64,000 nt of DNA from an uncultured Latescibacterota bacterium (GCA_958295495.1 OY282352.1:4222049-4286048); one strand, 5' to 3'. Shown: positions 36,196 through 45,560, counted from the stretch's first letter. The notes: generated from the letters alone by a model not told the origin. Program-made: numbers and translations.

Positions 36196-37647
36196 ATGAG
36201 GTGCGCTGCTTGGGCCGCGTGGGTGAGCCTGATGGCCGTGGAGGCCGGCGACGCCGAGCCGGTCGCCGTGGTGCCGGCAGGCCACAAGCCAACGCTCGAC
36301 GGCATCTTGGTCGAGTGGGGAGCACCTGAGCGCATCGGCCTAGTCCCCGGGGGGGAGCGCGTGGGTGTGCGCGGGGCCTTTACCGGGTCAGCCGATCACG
36401 AGGCCGACCTTTACCTGATGTGGGACGCCGACTACGTGTACGTGGCGGCCGCAGTAGTTGACGATACCGTAGATGCCCAACAGATTCCCCCTGACAAAAG
36501 CGAATGGCGCGGCCCATCCGGGGAGCGCAAAGACGCGATGTTTTACTACGATCACCTAAAAATTTTCTTGCGCGGCCCGGAGCAGCCCTTGGGACATACC
36601 ATCTGGCTGAGTCCGGCCGACAGCACGCCCTATCTGTGGGGGGGCATGCAGCGCGAGAAGCCTACCGAGCGCGTGCCCGTAGAGGCCGGAGGGGCGCTGC
36701 GCGCTCAGCTCTACACCTTTGAAGTAGGCATTCCTTGGGGTTGGTTGGGCCTCTATCCCCAGCCCGACATGGTGCTCGACGCGCTCTTTCTACTGCCGGA
36801 TTCCGACCAACCCACCAAGGCACTGCGCGATAAGGTGCGGCAGAGCAACAAGTGGATCTGGTGGCAGGGCAAAGTACAGCTCAAGGGGCGGCCACCCGGG
36901 TTGCGCCAACTGCCCAAGGCGCAGACTATCGCGGAGATCGCGGAGAAGACTCGGGAGATTAGCGTGCCGAAGGTCGCCGAGAAGAAACCGGAAGAAGCGA
37001 AGGCTCGGGATGCGCAGGACTCGGTTGCAGTTGGGAAAAGTCTGGGTACACAGCGGGAAGTTCCGCCTGAGGTGGACAGCGGCGATACTGGCACAGTAAA
37101 GACCGCAAGCAGGTCCCAAGAAGCCGTGCAAACTGCGTCGGTGCCTGCGCTTAGATCGCGGCTGAACAGGTCGTTGTTGAGGCGTCCGGCACCGGATTGG
37201 GTGCGGGCGCTCAGGGACGACGAGGGGGTATCGCTGGGCCAAGTCGATTCTCTCTATTATAGATTGACTCATTCGCTGGCGCGCTTGAGCGCAGACCGCA
37301 TTAATGTCCGCACCGACGGGCTTGTCATGGACCTAGCTGAATACGCGGGTACTTGGCGGGCGCAGGCGCGGCACTTCTTGCAAAAACTGCTGGCCAAGAC
37401 GCTCGCCGACCTAGAGCAGAAGCGGCTGCATCCGCAGATCGTCGGCGCGGCGGCCGAGGCCGGCGTGGATGGCGACAAAGCCATCCGCTTAGTGCAAGTG
37501 CTCTGCCGCGAGGCTCTAAAGATATACGCCGAGGGCAAGGTTGCTCATTCCGAAACCCTAATGGACAAGGCGCGGCGGCAGGCCAAACTCTCCGCGGAGC
37601 AGGCGCAAGACCTGCTGGCAGTGCTGGCGGCGGCTATACCCCGATAA
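36196..37647 (+). CDS. Secreted hypothetical protein with CBM9/DOMON-like N-terminal domain
   Basis: The start is placed at ATG 36196, just after the deaminase stop. Signal-like MRCAAWAAWVSLMAVEA. The TLDGILVEWG...DLYLMWDADYVYVAAAVVDD pattern fits family-9 CBM-like domains. The long charged C-terminal half is unassigned. Confidence 0.45.
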   Translation: MRCAAWAAWVSLMAVEAGDAEPVAVVPAGHKPTLDGILVEWGAPERIGLVPGGERVGVRGAFTGSADHEADLYLMWDADYVYVAAAVVDDTVDAQQIPPDKSEWRGPSGERKDAMFYYDHLKIFLRGPEQPLGHTIWLSPADSTPYLWGGMQREKPTERVPVEAGGALRAQLYTFEVGIPWGWLGLYPQPDMVLDALFLLPDSDQPTKALRDKVRQSNKWIWWQGKVQLKGRPPGLRQLPKAQTIAEIAEKTREISVPKVAEKKPEEAKARDAQDSVAVGKSLGTQREVPPEVDSGDTGTVKTASRSQEAVQTASVPALRSRLNRSLLRRPAPDWVRALRDDEGVSLGQVDSLYYRLTHSLARLSADRINVRTDGLVMDLAEYAGTWRAQARHFLQKLLAKTLADLEQKRLHPQIVGAAAEAGVDGDKAIRLVQVLCREALKIYAEGKVAHSETLMDKARRQAKLSAEQAQDLLAVLAAAIPR

Positions 37648-37649
37648 TC

Positions 37650-38708
37650 ATGCCCGCATTTTCCATCGAACACTTGCGCCAAGTCGGCGCAGCCATTTTC
37701 GCGGCAGCCGGCGCGCCGCCCGCGGCAGCCGATGTCGTCGCCAAGCTGCTGGCCGATGCCAATGCCGTAGGGCACGACTCGCATGGCGTCATCCGCATTC
37801 CCCAATACATAAGCACCATCGAAAAGGGGGAGATCGTGCCCCACGCCGAGGTCGAAGTCGTGCGCCAGACCGCTGCTGCGGTTGTGCTCGACGGGCACTG
37901 GGGATTTGGCCAAGTCGTGATGAACCAAGCCGTGGAGATGGGCCTAGAGTGCGCCGACAACTGCGGAGTCGCGGCTATAACCGTTAAAAACGCCAACCAC
38001 ATCGGTCGCCTCGGCAGCTATGTGGAGCGCATCGCCGAGGCGGGCATGATCGGCCTACTCTGCGCCAACTCGCACGGCGGCGGTGCCAGCGTAGCCCCTT
38101 GGGGCGGCATAGCCGGGCGCTTGGGCACCAATCCGCTGGCGGGCGGCTGGCCCGATGGCGAGGGCGGCGCACTCGTACTGGACATCACCACCAGCGTGGT
38201 GGCCGAGGGCAAGGTGCGGGTCAAGCGCAATCGCGGCGAGTCGGTCCCCGAGGGATGGATCATCGACGCGGCTGGCCGGTCCTCGACCGATCCTGCGGAC
38301 TTTTACGACGAGCCGCGCGGCAGCCTCTTGCCCTTTGGCGGCGTCATGGGCCACAAGGGCTACGGACTTGGGGTAGTGGTGGAGCTGTTGGGCGGGGCGT
38401 TGAGCGGAGCGGGTTGTGCGCGGGGCCGGAAGGCGCGGATCGGCAACGGCTGCTTCCTGCTGGTCATCGACATTGGGCGCTTTCAGCCGCTCGCCGAGTA
38501 CGCGGCCCAAGTGCGGGCATTCGCGGCCTATCTGCGGGCCTCTCCCAAGGCCGCGGGCGTCGAGGCCATCCTGCTGCCCGGAGAGCTAGAAAAGCGCGAG
38601 CGACAGCGGCGACAGTCCGGCGTGGTCGTTGAGGAAGAAACTTGGCGGCAAATCCTAGATTGCGCTCACCGGGTCGGAGCCGCCCTACCAAAGGAGAGCT
38701 CCCAATGA
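37650..38708 (+). CDS. Ldh_2 family (malate/L-lactate/sulfolactate dehydrogenase-type) oxidoreductase
   Basis: The product reads MPAFSIEHLRQVGAAIFAAAG...GHDSHGVIRIPQYI...NANHIGRLG..., typical of Ldh_2. Confidence 0.85.
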   Translation: MPAFSIEHLRQVGAAIFAAAGAPPAAADVVAKLLADANAVGHDSHGVIRIPQYISTIEKGEIVPHAEVEVVRQTAAAVVLDGHWGFGQVVMNQAVEMGLECADNCGVAAITVKNANHIGRLGSYVERIAEAGMIGLLCANSHGGGASVAPWGGIAGRLGTNPLAGGWPDGEGGALVLDITTSVVAEGKVRVKRNRGESVPEGWIIDAAGRSSTDPADFYDEPRGSLLPFGGVMGHKGYGLGVVVELLGGALSGAGCARGRKARIGNGCFLLVIDIGRFQPLAEYAAQVRAFAAYLRASPKAAGVEAILLPGELEKRERQRRQSGVVVEEETWRQILDCAHRVGAALPKESSQ

Positions 38709-40339
38709 AAGCGTCCGATCTCTTCGTCCGCACCTTGGAGCACGAGGGCGTGGAATTCCTCTTCGGTATCCCGGGCGAGGAAAACCTCGACCTGCTCGAA
38801 TCGCTGCGCGGCTCCGAGCAGCTCCAATTGATCCTCAACCGCCACGAGCAAGCCGCCGGCTTCATGGCCGCCACGTACGGTCGCCTCACCGGCAAGACCG
38901 GCGTTTGCCTATCCACCCTAGGACCGGGGGCGACCAACTTCGTCACCTCAGCAGCCTACGCCCAACTCGGTGCCATGCCCATGCTGATGATTACCGGCCA
39001 AAAGCCCATCAAGTCGAGCAAGCAGGGGCAATTTCAGATCGTCGATATCGTCGAGATGATGCGGCCCTTAACCAAGTACACCCACCAGATTGTCAGCGGC
39101 GACAGTGTGCCCTCCCGCGTCCGCGAGGCGTTCCGCTTAGCCGAGGAAGAGCGGCCCGGAGCCGTGCATTTAGAACTGCCCGAAGACATCGCCCGCGAAG
39201 AGACCGATACGCCGCTCTTTCCCAAAGATCGAGTGCGGCGTCCCATCCCGGAAGAAAAGGCCATCGCCCAAGCCGCCGCCCTGATCGAGGGCGTGCAAAG
39301 TCCCCTCTTGCTCATCGGGGCCGGGGCCAATCGCAAGCGCACCTCCAAGATGCTGTTCAACTTCATCCGCGACACCGGCATCCCGTTCTTCACTACCCAG
39401 ATGGGCAAGGGCGTCGTTGACGAGCGCGACCCGCTCTTTTTGGGCAATGCCGCGCTGTCGGCCAACGACCCGCTGCACTGCGCCATCGACCGCGCCGACC
39501 TCATCATCAACGTCGGGCACGACGTGGTCGAGAAGCCGCCGTTTTTCATGGAGGCCGGCGGCTTACAGGTAATTCACGTCAATTTCTCTTCGGCCTCGGT
39601 CGATCCGGTCTATTTCCCCCAGCTAGAGGTCGTCGGCGACATCGGCAACAGCATCTGGCAGTTGCTGCTGAGGATCAACCGGCAAAAGACTTGGGACTTT
39701 AGCTATTTCGCCAAGGTCAAGAAGTGGATTGACCAAATCCGCGCGGTCGGCAACGACGATCCGGGCTTTCCCATCGCGCCCCAACGGCTCGTCGCCGATG
39801 TGCGCCGCGCCATGCCCGATGACGGGATTATATGCCTCGACAACGGCGTCTATAAAATCTGGTTCGCCCTCAACTATCGCGCCCACCAGCCCAATACCGT
39901 GCTGTTGGACAATGCCTTGGCGACTATGGGGGCCGGGCTGCCCTCGGCCATGGCGGCGCGGCTGGTGGAGCCGGACAAAGAGGTTATGGCCATCTGCGGC
40001 GACGGCGGCTTTATGATGAATTCCCAAGAGTTGGAGACCGCGGTGCGCCTCGGGATGAACCTCGTGGTCCTCATTCTGCGGGACGATGGCTACGGCATGA
40101 TCAAGTGGAAGCAGGCCGACATGGGCTTTGCAGATTGGGGCCTCGATTACGGCAACCCGGATTTCGTTCAATACGCCGCCAGTTATGGGGCCTACGGGCA
40201 CCGCGTCGGCGCGGCCGACGAACTGCTGCCGACCATGCGCGAGTGCCTCGCCGCTCCGGGCGTCCATCTGATCGAGGTGCCGATAAACTACGCGGTCAAT
40301 CAAGACCTCCTCGAAAAGGAGTTGGTCTGTCCAGAGTAA
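38705..40339 (+). CDS. Thiamine-diphosphate enzyme, acetolactate synthase (AlsS)-like
   Basis: The product reads MKASDLFVRTLEHEGVEFLFGIPGEENLDLL...HEQAAGFMAATYGRLTGKTGVCLSTLGPGATN, with the GDGGFMMN TPP motif. ATG 38705 overlaps the Ldh_2 stop (ATGA). Confidence 0.85.
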   Translation: MKASDLFVRTLEHEGVEFLFGIPGEENLDLLESLRGSEQLQLILNRHEQAAGFMAATYGRLTGKTGVCLSTLGPGATNFVTSAAYAQLGAMPMLMITGQKPIKSSKQGQFQIVDIVEMMRPLTKYTHQIVSGDSVPSRVREAFRLAEEERPGAVHLELPEDIAREETDTPLFPKDRVRRPIPEEKAIAQAAALIEGVQSPLLLIGAGANRKRTSKMLFNFIRDTGIPFFTTQMGKGVVDERDPLFLGNAALSANDPLHCAIDRADLIINVGHDVVEKPPFFMEAGGLQVIHVNFSSASVDPVYFPQLEVVGDIGNSIWQLLLRINRQKTWDFSYFAKVKKWIDQIRAVGNDDPGFPIAPQRLVADVRRAMPDDGIICLDNGVYKIWFALNYRAHQPNTVLLDNALATMGAGLPSAMAARLVEPDKEVMAICGDGGFMMNSQELETAVRLGMNLVVLILRDDGYGMIKWKQADMGFADWGLDYGNPDFVQYAASYGAYGHRVGAADELLPTMRECLAAPGVHLIEVPINYAVNQDLLEKELVCPE

Positions 40340-40350
40340 TGGATACCTTC

Positions 40351-41558
40351 TCAGTGTACAATCTGCATCAACCGCTGCGTCATGGACCCTTCTTGGGTCA
40401 GCGCGTAGATCACGGTGTTGACCGCAAACTGTAGTATGCGGGTCGCATCGCGTTCGGCGGCAAAGCCCAGATACCCCCCGATACCCGAGTTGGCCCGGGG
40501 CACCGCCACCAGTCGCCCCTCGACGAACAAGCCCTTCACCGCATTCCAGTAGTACGGATCGTTAAAACGCGAAGCACCCTGTGCGACGCCGTCCCCCAAG
40601 TCAAAATAGGCCGTGAATATCGGATGGTTTTCCCGCAGGCGTTCGGTATAAAAATCGCGCCCCTTGACCAACCCCCCGTATTTTTCTAGGGCCTCCGTCC
40701 AAAACCCCTCGAAGTCGAATTGCTCGGCCATGACAAAACCCCCCGACAGCAGGTAACGCGCCAGATTCTCCAACTCGTTTTCGTTGGGTTCGCCTTGGGG
40801 AATGATGATCGGCACCGTTAGAAAGCGGTCGTCGTCAAAGGTAAAGCTGCCGACGAACTCGGTGCGCAAGCCGGTCCACTCATTGAGCATATCGCGCAGG
40901 ACGTCGATTTCCCGATTGTTGAACCCGCCATCGACGACATTGGTCTGGGTTTCGGCGACATACGTGGCCGAGACCACGCGGGCAAATTTGACAAAGCCCT
41001 TGAGCCCCTGTCGTTGGGATCCTGTATCACCAAGGCGCGGTAGCGGCCGGTGTCCATGGCATCGACATCCAGCATCTCCAAGCCCAGGTCGATTTTATGC
41101 TCGGGCGTACGGCTGATCCCCAAGTTCGCGGTTAGCCCTATGACCGGTTCCAGTGCCGCTTGGAGCGTTTGTGGGTTGGTCTGTCCGACTTGGAGCATAT
41201 TCGCTAGGCCGGTCGAGCGAGCGATGATGGCGTGCGTGGAGAACGCCGCGGTAGCTTGCACCTGATCCATGCGGGCGGCGGCCGTACGCACTCGGCGGCG
41301 GATCATCGGGCGTTTGCGTTGGGGAATTTTGCGCAGTTCCAGCGCCTTGGTCAGGCGCGGTTGGCGTTTGACGAATTTGGTGGTTAGCGGCCGAGGCGCT
41401 TTTTCCGCCTGCTGCTGGAAGGGGTTGAGCAGGACTAAGATCGCGTTCAGCAGTATGGCGGTCCCCAGCGACAGCCAGAAAAATTGGCGCAGCGGGCTGA
41501 GCAGGGCACTGAGGTCCAAGCTAGCGGTGGTGCGCGCAAAACGCGACGGTCGGTTCAT
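40351..41558 (-). pseudogene. DUF4159 domain protein split by one frameshift (near 41000-41012)
   Basis: ORF 40818..41558 has a TM N-terminus and reads sensibly to ..DTGRYRALVIQDPNDR. ORF 40351..40977 continues in another frame as QGLKGFVKFARVVSATYVAETQTNVVDGGF...PIIIPQGEPNENELENLARYLLSGGFVMAE (DUF4159). A CCCC run at 41005-41008 is at the junction. Confidence 0.6.
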
Positions 41559-41639
41559 CGGTCGTTATTCGGCCTAAGCATCCGCACGAGGCGGCCCTGT
41601 GGTTGGGGGCGCTCGTTTGAATCGTACTGCCAGCGGGGT

Positions 41640-41837
41640 TTTCCCAATATAGAAAATTCTCAACGGAGTCTTAGCAATGTCGTGGAGGGATACGCGCAGA
41701 CAGCGAGCAGGGCTTTTTGCGAGGATGGGCTACGGCAACAGATGCAGTGGCAGGACGGGCGGGATATGGGCGCGTTGCGCGGGCAGCAGGTGCGGCTCAA
41801 GTTTTATATAATCAATGCAACACTCTATTCTTTTTAG
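41640..41837 (+). pseudogene. C-terminal remnant of a secreted glycosidase/sialidase-like gene
   Basis: The tail ..MQWQDGRDMGALRGQQVRLKFYIINATLYSF* resembles the common 'G.pvrLrF.l.dA.LYSF' C-terminal strand of such enzymes. No upstream body is present. The left boundary is arbitrary. Confidence 0.25.
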
Positions 41838-41877
41838 CATCTCATCTTGATCGCCGCGTCCCCTTCCCCTAGATTGT

Positions 41878-41942
41878 CATTCGACAATTGGACGCTCCCT
41901 TAATCGACAATTGGACGCTATTCTAATCGACAAATGGACGCC
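41878..41942 (+). repeat. Three direct repeats with 23-bp period; the third contains the ATPase start codon
   Basis: cattcgacaattggacgct (41878-41896), taatcgacaattggacgct (41901-41919) and taatcgacaaatggacgcc (41924-41942). Confidence 0.85.
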
Positions 41943-43181
41943 GACCGTTCCCTGTTCTCCCGCTCGCTGGCACCCATCCTCCGAGAGGCTTTAGCCGACA
42001 CGCCGGTGGTTTGTCTGCTTGGCCCGCGGCAAAGTGGGAAAACTACGCTCGCGCAAAAGCTCGCGCCCCACCGTGCTTTCATCAGCTTAGACGAGCACAA
42101 CTACTACCAGACCGCCGGGGCCGACCCGGACGGTTTTGTCGCCAGCCTGCCGGAGGCGGTGACCTTGGACGAAGTGCAACGGGTGCCGGCATTGCTCTCG
42201 GCCATCAAACGCGCCGTGGATCAGAACCGCCGTCCCGGGCGTTTCCTGCTGACCGGCTCGGCCAATCTATTGCTGGTGCCGACCGTTACCGAATCTCTGG
42301 CGGGACGGATGGAAATGGCGCAGTTGCACCCATTGACCGAATCAGAAAAAGCACGCCAGCCCGGGCGCTTCCTCAGCGACCTGTTGAACGGCGCGCTCAA
42401 ACCGGGTATCCGGCCCAAGGCCGAGCCTACCGGGCCGTCGCTGCCGGAGCGACTGGTAGCCGGCGGCTATCCCGAGCCGTTGACTCGCACACCTAGCCGC
42501 GCCCGACAATGGCACCGGCAGTATCTACGCAGCATCATCGAGCGGGATGTGCAAGATGTGGCGCGAGTGAGGGATGCCCATGAGTTGGCGCGCCTGCTGG
42601 AGCTGTTGGCCCTGCGCAGTGCCGAACTATTGAACACCTGCAATCTGGCCAACAGCCTCGGCCTGCACCGGGCGACAGTAGATCACTACATCGCCGTGCT
42701 CGAACGGCTCTTTCTGGTGCGACGCCTACCCGCGTGGCACCGCAACCCGGCCAAACGGCTCGTCAAAACACCTAAGGTCCATCTGCTCGATAGCGGGCTA
42801 GCGGCGACCCTCGCCGACCTGACTGCGGCCGATTGGCTCAGCCATCGGCACCGCATGGGGCATCTGTTGGAGTCTTTCGTGGTGCAGCAACTCATGGCCC
42901 AAGCCACGTGGACAGAGCCGGATTTGCGTTTCTGGCACTATCGCGATAAGGATCAGGTGGAGGTTGATGTAGTCCTTACCCGGGGCCGGAAGACGTGGGG
43001 GATTGAGGTCAAAGCCGCTAGTGCGCTCACTCCCAAAGACGGGCAAGGGCTTGTGCGGCTGGCCGATCGCTGCGGCGAGGATTTCGAGTTTGGGGTGCTG
43101 TTCTACACCGGCCGCGACCGGCTTCCGTTGGCCGACGAGCGCCTACTCGCCGTGCCGCTGAGCGAATTGTGGGAGCGGTAG
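41934..43181 (+). CDS. AAA+ ATPase with DUF4143 C-terminal domain (AAA_14 type)
   Basis: Walker A GPRQSGKTT, TLDEVQRVPALL, RFLLTGSAN, and a DUF4143-like C-terminal half. Confidence 0.85.
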   Translation: MDADRSLFSRSLAPILREALADTPVVCLLGPRQSGKTTLAQKLAPHRAFISLDEHNYYQTAGADPDGFVASLPEAVTLDEVQRVPALLSAIKRAVDQNRRPGRFLLTGSANLLLVPTVTESLAGRMEMAQLHPLTESEKARQPGRFLSDLLNGALKPGIRPKAEPTGPSLPERLVAGGYPEPLTRTPSRARQWHRQYLRSIIERDVQDVARVRDAHELARLLELLALRSAELLNTCNLANSLGLHRATVDHYIAVLERLFLVRRLPAWHRNPAKRLVKTPKVHLLDSGLAATLADLTAADWLSHRHRMGHLLESFVVQQLMAQATWTEPDLRFWHYRDKDQVEVDVVLTRGRKTWGIEVKAASALTPKDGQGLVRLADRCGEDFEFGVLFYTGRDRLPLADERLLAVPLSELWER

Positions 43182-43354
43182 GGCAGGAACCTTCCGGCTT
43201 TTGTACATTCTATGGGGCAGGAAACCGGTGCGTGGCCGCCCACTGTCTAGGCCGCAGCATCTTGAGCACGACGCTTGGGGGTCGTTCCCCTGCTAAGATC
43301 GAGAACCGATGAAAGAGATGGGAACGCCCAAGTGCTAAAGAGAGGTATCACTCC

Positions 43355-44773
43355 ATGGACGAGATAACACTCAAGAACTTCCGCTGTTTCCGCGAAGAGC
43401 AGACCGCCCGCCTCGCACCGCTGACGCTGCTCATTGGCGAGAACAGCACGGGCAAAACTTCTTTCATGGCGATGATTCGGGCACTGTGGGATGTCGCCTA
43501 TGGACGAGCCGACCCGGATTTCAAAGAGGAGCCCTACGACCTCGGTAGCTTCGACGAAATCGCCCACCACAGAGGGGGACGGGGTGGCCGGGCGGATACC
43601 TTTGAGGCGGGATTCAAGGTCGCCCCAAGAGCTGTGCGCGGGAAAAGACGACACACCGACCCTAACGAACAACCCTATCTCTTTGAGGTGGCTTTCAAGA
43701 AAAAGGGGACCGTGCCTAGCCCTGTGAAGATGCGGCTTTCTAACGAAGATGCTTGGGGCAAGGTCCTGCTTGAAGACCAATCTTGGCAGGCCAGCCTCGG
43801 AACGTTAAGAGGGGTTTGGAAGTTTCCCGATGCCTTCCCAGACTTATCAGATGCCGGTATCAACTCGACATGGCTCTTTAGCGAATACTATCTAAGACAT
43901 CGGGAGATGGTTGGAGATCGAGAAAGTGAAGCAGAGCCAATCACATTTCAAGGTTCTGAGTTGCCTACTGACAAAGATTGGGAGCTAATTGACCAACTTG
44001 TCGAGATTCACAGACGGAGGCGTGCTGAATATTACAGACAGCGGCCTTACGCCAGTGCCCCCGTCCGTTCCAAGCCCCAACGCACCTACGATCCCGCACG
44101 CCCAACGCGGGACCCGGAAGGCGATTACATTCCGATGTATCTCGCAGATATGTTTTTTCAGGACAAAAGAAAATGGAAAAATTTCAAAGGAGCACTTGAG
44201 AAGTTCGGTCAAGAGTCTGGGCTATTCGATGAGATTTCGGTCAAGTCCTTCGGAGGGAAGGCAAGCGAACCGTTTCAAGTGCAAATCAGAAAATTCAGCG
44301 GCAAGGTCAAAGGACCTCAACGCAACCTGATCGACGTCGGCTATGGTGTAAGCCAAGTTCTGCCTCTTGTCACTGAGTTACTCCATGGCGAGTCCCTCAT
44401 GGATCTGTTCAGCGGCATCCCCCCGTCAATATTCTTATTGCAACAGCCGGAGGTGCATCTTCACCCCAGTGCCCAAGCCGCCTTGGGCAGCTTGTTCTGC
44501 CAAGTCGCCAAGCCAGAACGCCAATTAGTAGTCGAGACCCATAGCGACCACCTGCTCGACCGGGTGCGGATGGACGTGCGCGACGGCACAACGCCGTTGA
44601 AACCCGACGATGTGTCCATTCTGTTCTTTGAGCGTAAGGATTTGGACGTGCATATTCACTCGCTCCGAATCGACGAAGAGGGAAACATCGAAGGCGCACC
44701 CGATGGCTACCGAAACTTTTTCTTGGCAGAAACGGCGCGGTCTCTATGGAAGAGACAGTCTATAGGGACCTGA
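43355..44773 (+). CDS. AAA ATPase (ABC/SMC-like head, DUF3696-type C-terminus)
   Basis: ITLKNFRCFREEQTARLAPLTLLIGENSTGKTS (Walker A), FLLQQPEVHLHP (Walker B-like QPE.HLHP), VVETHSDHLL (H-loop). The C-terminal segment SILFFER...IHSLRIDEEGNI follows. Confidence 0.8.
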   Translation: MDEITLKNFRCFREEQTARLAPLTLLIGENSTGKTSFMAMIRALWDVAYGRADPDFKEEPYDLGSFDEIAHHRGGRGGRADTFEAGFKVAPRAVRGKRRHTDPNEQPYLFEVAFKKKGTVPSPVKMRLSNEDAWGKVLLEDQSWQASLGTLRGVWKFPDAFPDLSDAGINSTWLFSEYYLRHREMVGDRESEAEPITFQGSELPTDKDWELIDQLVEIHRRRRAEYYRQRPYASAPVRSKPQRTYDPARPTRDPEGDYIPMYLADMFFQDKRKWKNFKGALEKFGQESGLFDEISVKSFGGKASEPFQVQIRKFSGKVKGPQRNLIDVGYGVSQVLPLVTELLHGESLMDLFSGIPPSIFLLQQPEVHLHPSAQAALGSLFCQVAKPERQLVVETHSDHLLDRVRMDVRDGTTPLKPDDVSILFFERKDLDVHIHSLRIDEEGNIEGAPDGYRNFFLAETARSLWKRQSIGT

Positions 44774-44776
44774 AGA

Positions 44777-45251
44777 ATGTGTGCCATTGTTGACGCCAAC
44801 GTCGTACATCGTACATGAGGTATTCGGTTCCAATCTACCGCCAGCAGGAGAGAAGTTCTTTGAATGGCTCAACAAAGGAAGTGGCCGGTTGGTGGTCGGC
44901 GGCAAGCTGTTTGAGGAGCTTGAAAGAAGTTCGGCGGACTTTAGGCGCTGGGGACAGCAGGCCCAGCTTGCTGGAAAAATGAGAGTCGTAAATAAAAGTG
45001 AAGTTGACGCAAGGACAGAGCAGGTCCAGAGTGCGGGCGCAATCAGTTCCGATGATCCACATGTCATTGCCTTGGCTCAAGTCAGTGGTGCCCGGTTGTT
45101 GTACTCGAACGATGGCAACTTGCAGCAAGATTTCAAGAACAAGAACCTGATTGACGATCCCCGAGGTAAAGTTTATTCGACGAGTGGGGATGGGAGCTTC
45201 CAGCGCAGGCACGACAGGTTGCTTAAAAATGAAAAGTTATGCCGTCTATGA
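44777..45251 (+). pseudogene. PIN-like nuclease gene disrupted by a 7-bp tandem duplication near its 5' end
   Basis: ATG 44777 gives MCAIVDANVVHRT*. CGTACAT is present twice in tandem (44803-44809 and 44810-44816). Deleting one copy joins MCAIVDANVVHEVFGSN.. to ORF 44781..45251. That ORF carries SDDPHVIALAQVSGARLLYSNDGNL, a PIN-like acidic motif. Confidence 0.6.
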
Positions 45252-45323
45252 TTTTGGGGCTAAAACCCGTATATGAACCAGAGCTCTCAAGGTGGATTGA
45301 CTTCAAGGTAAGGAGATAGGACG

Positions 45324-45560
45324 ATGCCTAACGACAGATCATGGAACGAGACGCTGATTAAAAAAAACGTCACTTACCACATTGAGTTCGATGGGCGGCT
45401 GTTCCTCATTGAGAACGTCCCGGCGCGAGTCAATGTCGAGACGGGTGAAAGGCACTTCTCACCGGAGACCGTTGAGCGCTTGCAGCAAGCGGTGTGGGAC
45501 CAATGCCGACCCGTTCGTACCATCGAGACACCGGTTTATGAGTATGCTGCTCTGGTCTGA
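45324..45560 (+). CDS. YgiT-type zinc-finger-like small protein with the cysteines replaced
   Basis: VTYHIEFDGRLFLIENVPARVNVETGERHFSPETVERL follows the YgiT/MqsA N-terminal pattern (..ENVPA.VC..CGE.YF..). It has N-V-E-T where C-x-x-C is expected. RBS AAGGAGA. Confidence 0.4.
   Translation: MPNDRSWNETLIKKNVTYHIEFDGRLFLIENVPARVNVETGERHFSPETVERLQQAVWDQCRPVRTIETPVYEYAALV

Noticed and set aside
35568-36329. 253-aa plus-strand and 246-aa minus-strand ORFs overlapping the dCMP deaminase gene.
   Set aside because: The deaminase frame carries the HAE and PCxxC zinc motifs. The competing frames are Arg/Pro/Ala-rich shadow ORFs.
38642-38704. 21-codon N-terminal extension of the AlsS-like ORF.
   Set aside because: ThDP enzymes of this family begin close to MKASDLFV..GV..FGIPG. 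ATG 38705 is coupled to the upstream stop (ATGA).
43247-43780. 177-aa minus-strand ORF.
   Set aside because: It overlaps the 5' third of the AAA ATPase gene, whose Walker A motif and N-terminal SMC-like strand are clear. The antisense product has no recognisable features.
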